64,000 nucleotides of DNA from Epiperipatus broadwayi (lineage: Eukaryota; Animalia; Onychophora), in contig JAQFVV010000005.1 in NCBI GenBank assembly GCA_028023455.1, forward strand, positions 15,004,001-15,068,000, in the 5' to 3' direction. The notes under the pieces were generated by a model. The model did no database searches. It worked only from the letters and a program-made list of their open reading frames with translations, and had not been told where the DNA came from. Below, piece after piece: positions 54,939 through 64,000 of this stretch (position 1 is its first letter; every line of letters starts with the position of its first letter). Made by a program: the position numbers and the translations under genes.

Positions 54939-56039
54939 CTGAAATAAAAATAAACTCTTCACAATCTCTCAATAACTAGAAATTTTACAGTTATTTAATG
55001 AATTAATCAAATAGTCATCAACTTTAAAATCTAATAACTCAGTGAAGTTATCTGATCTGAGATTATTATAATTTCTCTTTTTAAAAAAACAAAATGAGAA
55101 ATATTATGACAAGAAAAAGCTATAAATAAATAATAACTTGACTTATTCAATTAAAAATGTTTTACTTGCTATTATTACACTATCATTAGCAGTGGCAGAT
55201 TTCAGCCAGGTATAGAGAGCATTCATCTCAGATTCTGTAAGTGCAATAACCCTCCAATCAAACAAAAATTTAATTTTATAATATTAATTTACATAATAGC
55301 AAAGCTGACCATTATTTCTACAATTCTGAAAATGGTAAATTTGAAAATATAAAATAATTTTGAAAAAATTTCTTATGCTACTTATCTGCAATGCAAATGG
55401 AGACTGATCAGTTTCTATTCTCAAGTGAATTAAAAATTATTTAATTAATAATCTTGACCAAATCTTATTTAAATAACCAATCAATAATGTTTATTGAAAA
55501 TAAAACATCACTCAACAAATGGATTACAAAAATATCATTGATCAAATTGGTGCATCAAAATGCATAAAATATAATAATTATTTTTATATATAGTTCAAAT
55601 TATTAATTAAGCCATTACTTATTGAAAAATCTACTAATCAATAATCATTTATTTATAAATTGAGTGCATTTTTTTTAGATCTAAATAATAAGTCCAACAA
55701 ATTTTTATGTTTTGTATATTTAATTTTATAAATATCAATATGTTAAAATATTAAGTGATGAACACCAAACTTTGTATGCTGTGCTTTGGTCCAATCGATC
55801 TGCAATTGATTAGCAGCTTGAATTTTTTTTTACAATTGACTTCAAACTAAATTATAAATAAATTAAAAAAATGACTTCAAATCTTTATCATTTGATTATT
55901 GTTGGATTGTCTTCAAAACCATCTAATCTTATTTATAGACAAGAATCCATCATGACCATTTTTCATATTGAGAATGATAGGAACTTACAGTGTACCATCA
56001 AGAAATGAACAATTTTGAAATAAAATAGTGTTCTAGGGA

Positions 56040-56560
56040 ATTCCATATATCATTATCATCATTTCCAACCATTATCAAACCACTTCTGGATAAAAGTTTC
56101 TCCAAGTTCAATCAATCTCCATCTCTAATCTCTCTCTCCTCCACATCATCCCAGTATGTTTTCTTATTTCATCCATCCCTCTCGCATATGATTTCTTTTT
56201 AGATCTTTTACAATCTCTTGGAATCCAGTTTAAAATTTCAACTGCCCATCTGTTATCAATTCTTCTAACAATATATCCAGTTCAACACCACTTCAGTCTT
56301 TTAATTCTTTCATTGTCAGTAACACCTGTTTGTCTCTCATATCAATGTCATCTTGTTACTCCTAACATATATCTCTCCATACTTCTTGAGTGATATGAAG
56401 TCTGTATTGCTCTTCTGTTAAGTGTCTCAGATCTGTAAGTAAGAACTGATATTACACATTTATTAAAAACCTTAAATTCTATGATTGATTTCATCCACTA
56501 TGTTTCCATCAATAGTAATAATCTGACCAAGGTATTTGTAGTTGTTAACTTCTTCTAATT
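56040..56560 (-). mobile_element. RTE-type LINE 3' fragment
   Basis: Minus strand translates EEVNNYKYLGQIITIDG, FNKCVISVLTYRSET, QTGVTD, RIKRLKWC*TGYIVRRIDNRWAVEILNWIPRDCKR, a typical RTE ORF C-terminus. Confidence 0.85.
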
Positions 56561-56665
56561 CAATTTATAATATTGTTTTACATAATATGTAAATTAAAAT
56601 AATAATCAATCTAAATAAAATTGAAACAAATTACTAATTATATTTACAATTATTTAATAATTTAT

Positions 56666-57241
56666 AAGGGATTTGAACTCAGATTTTCTATACAATTGAT
56701 ACACATGACCACATACATGTGAAAATGATCTCCAATATACAAATTTTATCACCAGCACTCATCAGTTGATCCAGATCATCATCTCCCACACATATATATA
56801 TATAATCTGTACTTAGTTCACATTAAGATAGCAAATCTTCAAACTTTAATTGTCAGGCTTCAATCTTCTCCACTCTACAACTTTTTAGCCATCCATATGA
56901 TTGAACACTCAAAGCTTTAGTTAATGCCAATGTTGTTATCATACCCATGTTGACTTTAAGCACTTGACCTCTCATGTATAGAACCTGAAGAATTGGAAGG
57001 TGGAGAAGATTGAAGCCTGCTCATTGAAGTATGAAGATTTGCTATCTTAATATGAACTGATCACTGATTATTCATGTATGGGAGATGATGCATCTGAATC
57101 AACTGATGCGCGCAGATTCAGCACGAAATACATATATTGGAGATCATTTACCTTTGTCACATGTATGTGGTCATCTGAATCAATGCTATAAAATGGAGTG
57201 GATAGCTGTAAGGAGCTTGAAAGTCTGAGTTCAAATCCCTT
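56666..57241. mobile_element. Fold-back element with ~170-bp inner arms, hammerhead-like motif and B-box-like ends
   Basis: 56705-56873 mirrors 57000-57174, and aagggatttgaactcaga (56666) mirrors tctgagttcaaatccctt (57224). Combining both arms gives CTGATGA GTGCTG-loop-CAGCAC GAAA; the arm end ggtcatgtg resembles the family A tail. Confidence 0.75.
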
Positions 57242-60200
57242 CTAAATTACATTATGTTCAGTGTAGACAATACCCTTGTATTAAATTATCAACTATATGT
57301 CTATAACAACAAATCGTTTTTATATGAATATTATTTGACCATTGTACATATTTGTGTATGAATTAATATAAAATTACTTTTAATACTTTTTTTGAGAATA
57401 AATTTTTATAAAATTAATAAAATCAATAATACACCCACTCTGAGAAAAACAATTTATCCAGTCATAAGAAAATTCATTATAAGGATAAGAAGAAATCTCA
57501 AGTTATTAATTTAAGATTTTCATGTGAAGAATATATTATTTAAATAAATTTTAATATAAAAATTAGTAAATAAATACTTCATTAGTCAATACAGTGTAAT
57601 AATGACAGGTGAAAGAACAAAAAGTTTTGGAATTAATTACTAAACTGAAAAAAATAAAAATGTGATTGGCCAATTAAGTGAAACAGTTTTGCCCTATCTG
57701 ATATCTTATTACTCAAATGTTTCTAGATTTCTAAAAAACTGATTAGGCAATAAATAATTTATAAGCATCAGTAGAGCTATCTGCAGCATTCCAGCTATAG
57801 TAAAGACATCCCATTCAAAATAACAAATGAAATAGTATTATTTATCACTTATATAAAAATTTTAAAAAGATATAAATTAATCCTATAAAATATTAAAAAG
57901 TAGACATTCACAATATGCAAATCATACAAAACTTATTCACAACAATTAAAAAAAAAAAATCCTAAAATTTCTCATATTAAAAATATTAATATATAATTTA
58001 GAAGTATTTTAGATCTTGTGTGTGTGTGATATAGCTTACGATTTTGTGACATACTGCAATAGTAGGATCATACCTGATTGTAATAAATATAAATGAATCC
58101 TATTACTTTTTAGCACAGATCCAAATTTTTAAATTGTCAACTAATATATAAAATAAAATGACTTATCTTTTATATTATATATTTTGGTTACAATCATAAC
58201 TCATAGGGAATGTTAAGGTCTAAACATGTGATACCATGCCAAATAGTAGCAGATCATCTTATGAATTTCTGAATATTGCATGTGTTTAACATATAGATAT
58301 ACCAAGTCTCAAATATATTAAATAATTCGGTTACTTGATAGATTTTTACCTCTATATTGTTTCCTTATTTGGATATAATTTTTACTACTAATAATCTTCA
58401 GTAAGGTTTTTTTTTAAAAAAAAAAAAAAATTACTTTTTTAAAATAAATTGTTTTGGATTATATTTATCTTATTTCCCAGCAATGATTAGAAATTATGAA
58501 CAATCCACAATTTCTGATAATTATTTTTAATATCTGAACTAACATGATTGAATGAATATATATAGATGGATAATCAATTTTATTTTATAATTTTGATATT
58601 GTTTGTAATAACAATTAAAACGAATATACCTTCCTCTGTCAACTAACAAATATATGCACATGAAAATATTAACTTTCAGTAATTAAGTATTTTTCTTTTG
58701 ACAATATATATTATTATATAATGCATAGTATCACATAATGCCAGTTAACATAATGCTTATACTAGTTGCATAATCATTCTTAGAGAAAAAGCATTTGCTA
58801 CTGAATATATATCATTAATAATTAAGAGCTATCAAGTAAATATCGGTTCCTGGTTTCATTTAAACAACTATTCTATTTATGATTATATAATGCTTATCTA
58901 TTATGTGATCAACTACATCAACAACATTTTATATTAAAAATATCACACAATCTTTCATATATTGCTGCTAGATAATAAAACATTAAGGACTTAACTGGAA
59001 ATTGTAAGGTAAAATGGAAATAAGGTAATAAAGATAAAGAAAAGTACATATCCTCATTAATATTAGTGAAAAAAAAAAAGAGAAAATTCATTTCAAAACT
59101 CAATATAAGGTGAGAAATATAATTAATAAATAAAAAGGATTATACTTAGCTATGCCACTTCACGATAAATGGAGACACATGGCCTTTTATAGGTTAAAAG
59201 AAAGTTTTTCTTTACTTTCAAACATATAAATATACTACATTTCAAGAAATTCATCAGCAGCAGCAGCCATTTGCAAATAAGTATGGATATTCCTAATTCC
59301 AAGAAGACAAAATAAATAAATAATGCACTAGAGATGAATTTTTCAATGACTCTACAAATTGATCTGTAAACCATAAATACATCCATATGTAGAACAACTA
59401 GCCAATTATCCCGATTGATATTTTGCAATGCTGTCTTTGAACTTGGTTTGCAACAAACTTTTCTTTTTGAAAGCATCATCTTATCTATTTTATCTTCAGC
59501 CATATTTTCATAATGAAAACAATCAACAATGCATTTGCTGAGAATGTTTTTGAAAAAAAGAGAATGTTTATCCTACAAAACTCATGCAGAAGTCCATTAT
59601 AATATTTATTTTATAGAAAATCTTGTAATATTCATTAATTTCACAAATCCAGATGAAATTTTATAATAGTCAATTCTACAAAATATCACATCTAACAAGT
59701 AAAAGAACATTAATTGATCTTATGATATTGTATTTTTAGAATTTCACAGAGTATCCTTAAATGAAATTTTTCTAATGCTTTTATGAAATATTGATAGAAT
59801 ATTCAAGTCTCATTTCCATACAATGAATCAGGTAAAATAATAGCTCTAAATATAGTTAACTTAGTTGCAATACTTAGTTCACTGTAAGTAGTTTAATTTT
59901 TAACTAGTTAAAAACAGCAATAGCATACTGGAATTTGTGCTGCATCTCAACATCAAGCTCCACCATTCTAGTTAAAAAGCTATCATATTTAGATTGGCTT
60001 ACATTCTTAAGTTGATAATCATCTAAGCAATAACTAGCTGACGATTTTTCTTCCAGCACTGGCTAATAAAAGAGTTGAGTTTTTGGAACGTATATTAAAT
60101 CAAAGTCTTTATATGATGCATTAAAAATATTCTATAGATTGTATGTTAAATTGGCAAGAATACCAAAATCATAACCAAACTGTAAATGCAGAATCATCAC

Positions 60201-60637
60201 CATACTGAAATTACAGAATTTAAAAAGATGAATTTCTTTTTTTATTTTTAATCAATTCAAATGCAAAACTTCAGCATCAAATCTGTATTACATCTTGATC
60301 GTTGATTTACTATATCTATAAATAATTCAAAAGACTATTGTCATAAAAATCAAAAATAAACTTGGAGTAAGCGCATATCTTTGCTTAAAAGCAGTTTTCA
60401 TTACAAATATCTCATCAATAGTAAAACTATTTCCTCTCATTAGACACATAAAAGAGATATAATACAATTAAGTTTGGGAAGATAACCAACTAGTTTAAAA
60501 TAATGCCATAGACTGTTTGGTTGAGTCAAATGACTTGATCAAATCAATAAAAGTAATACATAAAAAACTATTTTGATCACAACAGTTTTTTTGTATTTGT
60601 TTGGCAATAAAAACCATGTCTATAGTGCTTCTTGATT

Positions 60638-60807
60638 CTCTAAAATCTCTAGTAATTGTTCATCTATGCTCTGAAAGGAACTCTAAAATCTCTAGTAATT
60701 GTTCATCTATGCTCTGAAAGAACTCTAAAATCTCTAGTAATTGTTCATCTATGCTCTGAAAGAACTCTAAAATCTCTAGTAATTGTTAATCTATGCTCTG
60801 AAAGGAA
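60638..60807. repeat. Four tandem copies of a 42/43-bp unit inside the RTE RT domain
   Basis: ctctaaaatctctagtaattgttcatctatgctctgaaag(g)aa at 60638, 60681, 60723, 60765; no spacers. Confidence 0.97.
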
Positions 60808-61996
60808 CTTATCCAACAAAATCCTTAAAAGTACCTTCACTGCAATAGATATTCCATGATCAATATAATTTTGTCTGTTCCCTTTATTTTTAAAAATTAG
60901 AACAATAGGGACATCATTAAGATTAGGTGGTATAATCTCATGAATCCATATATTTCTTAAAAAAACTCCAATATTTTCAAAACTTAGCATATTATTATCA
61001 TATTTTAAAACTTTTCTAGGTATCTCATCAGGGCCAGCAGTTTTTCCATTTTTAAGATTACAAAGTTGCTTTAGCATCACTAAGTTAGATATTTTTATGC
61101 AAATCTAAATAAATAGATAAAATGGATATATCATTAAAAGTCATCATTTCAATTTTTGTATTATAATTCAAACAATGATCAAAATATTCCTTCCATCTGA
61201 TCAAAATATCATTGTTATCAAATAAAAGAATGCTTTGATGAATTTAATAGCATTATGATTGTATATTGCTTTCAATATATCATACCAAAATCTAAACTTG
61301 GCCATGATCAATTAACATTTGCATTTCATTTTCAATTTTATTTGCTAAATCATTTTTTTGCCTTTTTGTCAGTCAATGAATTTCCACCTTTAAATCTTTC
61401 TATATATTACAAAGCTCCATATTTAATTCATTATTCTGATAAACAAAAAATATCACATTTCCTTTTCATCAAGTTAAAGATCATTGCCAGAAAAATAAAT
61501 GATTTTTTTTTTTTTTTATTGATTCCAAAAGCAGACTTACTTGCAAACTTCTTAAGAAAATTTCAGGTCTCAGTAACATAATATTCCTGAAATCCCAATT
61601 AGCAATATTAGTGTTTAATAGCTGCTAAAATTTATCAGGAACAATAAATACTTTTAAAGAATGAATATTGATTTTCTTGCAATTATAATTGGAATAAATA
61701 TTTTTTAATCCATCATTTTAACAATGGAGTGCATTAACATATGATTTGTTCAACAATTTGAACCTCAAAGTTTTCATATGATATGAACTTTCTGGTATTT
61801 TGACTCCTAACTATAATGTAGTCTACAAAATGTTACTATTTTGAGCATGAATGTATCCATGTTCCATTAATATTTTCTACCTAAACAAAGTGTTTATAAT
61901 GATCAATCCATGTGTTGTGTAAAAATTCAATAATAGCAGACTATTTGAGTTTAAACATCAAACCTATTTTTTTCAGTAACTTAGTTAAAGTCTACT

Positions 61997-62333
61997 AATA
62001 AACATCACATGACCACCATCTCTTATGCTTGTGTATAACTGTTGTTAAAACAGGCAAAACTCACTATATGTATGCCAGAAGGCTTGTGCATAAAATCCTC
62101 ATCTAGTGCCTACTCATCCAATATTCCCAGACTAGTTTCTGGCTTGTGGCCTTCATCTGTAAGGAGCCTTGGATCTGAGAGCACTGCATCTAGATCTTAG
62201 GATCTAGAAACTAGTCTGGGATATTGGATGAGTAGGCACTAGATGGGGATTTTATGCACAAGCCTTCTGGCATCCATTGATTACTCTAGCTTGCTGTGTG
62301 TGGCATACGCATAGTGAGTTTTGCCTGTTTTAA
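61997..62333. mobile_element. Family A fold-back element, best-preserved copy, inserted in the RTE
   Basis: Leader aataaacatcacatgaccaccatctcttatgcttgtg plus inverted arms; flanked by direct repeat TTAAAGTCTACT (61985-61996 / 62330-62341; 8-12 bp depending on end assignment); interrupts the RTE endonuclease region. Confidence 0.9.
62124..62165 (-). ncRNA. Minimal type I hammerhead ribozyme motif (one core substitution)
   Basis: Minus strand TCCTTA CAGATGA A GGC CACAA GCC A GAAAC TA GTC TGGGAA. Core CUGAUGA is read as CAGAUGA; stem II GGC/GCC; palindromic ACTAGT stem III; GUC cleavage triplet; stem I partly paired. Confidence 0.65.
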
Positions 62334-64000
62334 AGTCTACTGTTTGTATCAAAACGTACATTAAAATCTCTAAGAAAAAAATTCAATTTTTTTAATCGCA
62401 CTGGAGAAAAAATGCTACCCAGCAAAGAATAAAAACTTTCTTTCTCTATTAAACCACAAGCACTAATAATATAAGTACAGGTATTATTGTGCAAGCCAAG
62501 TTTTAATATCATTAACTTTTCATTGATACATTGGGGAATTTTCAAGAATAGAAGATAATAAAAAAGCAAATTCAACTTCATGTAATCTTTTTCCAATGGT
62601 TGATCTCTACCAGTTTTATTAAACTCTCTTCTACTGGAAAACTAGTCCCACTAAGAAAAGCCATAATTATCTTAAAACATTCACAGTTCCTTAATTAATC
62701 ATTGGTGTTGATCTCCATTCAGATCTTGAAAAGTTAATATTCCATGTACATACGCTTAAAAAAAAATTAGATTTATAATATTTATTAGATTTATAATACT
62801 TATCTTTAAGCTACTACTGCTTACTGTCTTACCACTATTCGTGATATTATTTCTATCATTAAATGAGTAATTAATTAGACATGAGACTAGCCAAACTCTG
62901 TAAGACAATCTATTTTTAGACAATATTTCTATTTCTGTATTAGTAAAAGGATCCCAAAATAAAGACATCTAAACATATAATTCTTACCCAGTTGATCCTT
63001 CTGTACCTATCCAGTTCTGACCCAAACCATTAGTGAATTATAGTCTCAGGCAAAAATCACAACTAAGAATTACCAGTTTATTAAATCTGTCCTCATTACT
63101 GCTTTTTTAATTCACTAGGGCCCAAATTTAAAAAAAAAAAAAAAAATGGGGGAGAAAAAAAAAGAATGTCAAAATTGCTCTGTGTATAATTAAAAGATGG
63201 AAATGTGATTGTACAAATATGTAATCCCATTATCAGAGTTAACATAACTGATGGCATAAGAAATTCATAACAAACAATCTTTACACTAACTTAAGTAACT
63301 GAACACAAAAAAAAAAGGGGAAGAGAGCAAAAACCAGTTGCATAATAAATAATACCTAGCCTCTAATAAACCAACAACTTATTCTATAACGCAGCAGGAG
63401 GTACACTATTTGTTATTCACAGTTAATTCTCACATCTAAAGGTCATTCCCCTATCTGACACCTGTGTAGCGGAACTCAGCACATATTTGATATTTTGACT
63501 TGGTTGAATTTACAACTTCTAATTTAAACATATTATATCATCGCATCTATAAATTTATTAGATGACTGATATTGAGAATACCAGAGACACTTGAAGATGT
63601 TCAGGTACAAAATGAAATATAGATTGTGTTGATCATTATATCAACAAATTTTAAGATGCACTAATGTGTATGACATTATTCATATATATATATTAGTCCT
63701 TGTATATCCAAAATATTTGGTTCTAAGCCTCAGCATAAATAGTGAGCCATACCCCATATAAGTGTACGTACTGAATAAATATATATACTGTGACCTACAA
63801 AATTAAATTTCTTTTTTTATTTCTAATTTTTTAAATTCAAGATTTTTGAAATTACAAATATGGAAGATAGGAGAAGGTGGATTACTATATATTAACTTTA
63901 TAGATATTTAATGATTTTATTTATCATGCATTTATTTGACAATTATATTTGTGTTAAATATCAATAATAATTTAAATATGGAGACTTAAATGACTTTACT

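Larger units (their letters stand above)
59320..62760 (-). mobile_element. Near-full-length decayed RTE (BovB-like) LINE: APE endonuclease plus reverse transcriptase
   Basis: Minus strand, 5' to 3': CTWNI (62750), RDFNVRF (like GDFNARV, 62360), TWIHxCSK*xHFVDYII (61830), LKNGKTAGPDEIP...IWIHEIIP...IVLIFKNKGNR (61080-60870), FRESRSTIDMVFIAKQIQ...FIDLIKSFDS (60640-60530), YGDD (60193-60204), KPxFKD (59440). Motif order is that of RTE elements. Confidence 0.9.

Noticed and set aside
57190-57242. tRNA gene
   Set aside because: Only a B-box-like motif; no cloverleaf, acceptor stem or anticodon arm can be built. Kept only as part of the fold-back element.
59150-59503. 117-aa minus ORF as a host gene
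   Set aside because: Overlaps the frameshifted 3' end of the RTE LINE; no splice signals linking it to the exon chain.
60638-60807. Possible CRISPR array
   Set aside because: Units are directly adjacent with no unique spacers, the context is eukaryotic with no cas genes, and the unit is a duplicated piece of RTE reverse-transcriptase sequence.
3874-62333. Treating family A as an ordinary MITE or Helentron/HINE
   Set aside because: Ends are asymmetric, TSDs are long and variable, there is no clear terminal stem-loop or fixed target, and a covarying hammerhead motif is present; a retroelement origin fits better though it is unproven.
63440-63530. Possible additional upstream exon (minus, VVNSTKSKYQICAEFRYT)
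   Set aside because: Open only in a phase incompatible with exon A, weak donor, unlike the other exons in composition, and its core ATGTGCTRARTTCCGCTA recurs near 31560, suggesting a repeat fragment.

Overview
Very AT-rich eukaryotic (probably arthropod) genomic DNA; no prokaryotic features. One host gene is supported. It consists of eight minus-strand coding exons (54938 down to 11673) that splice with GT-AG boundaries and consistent phases into an open 503-aa Q/T/V/A/S/P-rich C-terminal region ending in TAA TAA. The protein most resembles the Q-rich tail of domino-A/EP400 (recognised from memory of motifs, moderate confidence); the 5' part of the gene lies beyond base 64000. Introns and flanks are filled with mobile DNA: a near-full-length decayed RTE LINE and several other LINE fragments, three copies of a TA-flanked pogo/Tigger-like MITE, two internally deleted Merlin (IS1016-like) transposons, and a hAT element that contains a Tigger-like MITE and one of the Merlins. 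Many long inverted repeats are present. The most interesting signal is a dispersed family of fold-back elements carrying minimal type I hammerhead ribozyme motifs (CTGATGA-stem II-GAAAC-TA-GTC, palindromic stem III). They show compensatory stem II changes between copies, a one-sided ~45-nt tail, and long variable target duplications, as expected for Penelope-like-element or retrozyme derivatives. Two further, distinct hammerhead-like fold-back elements also occur. All coordinates were counted by hand and may be off by a few bases; nothing was verified by database search or folding software.
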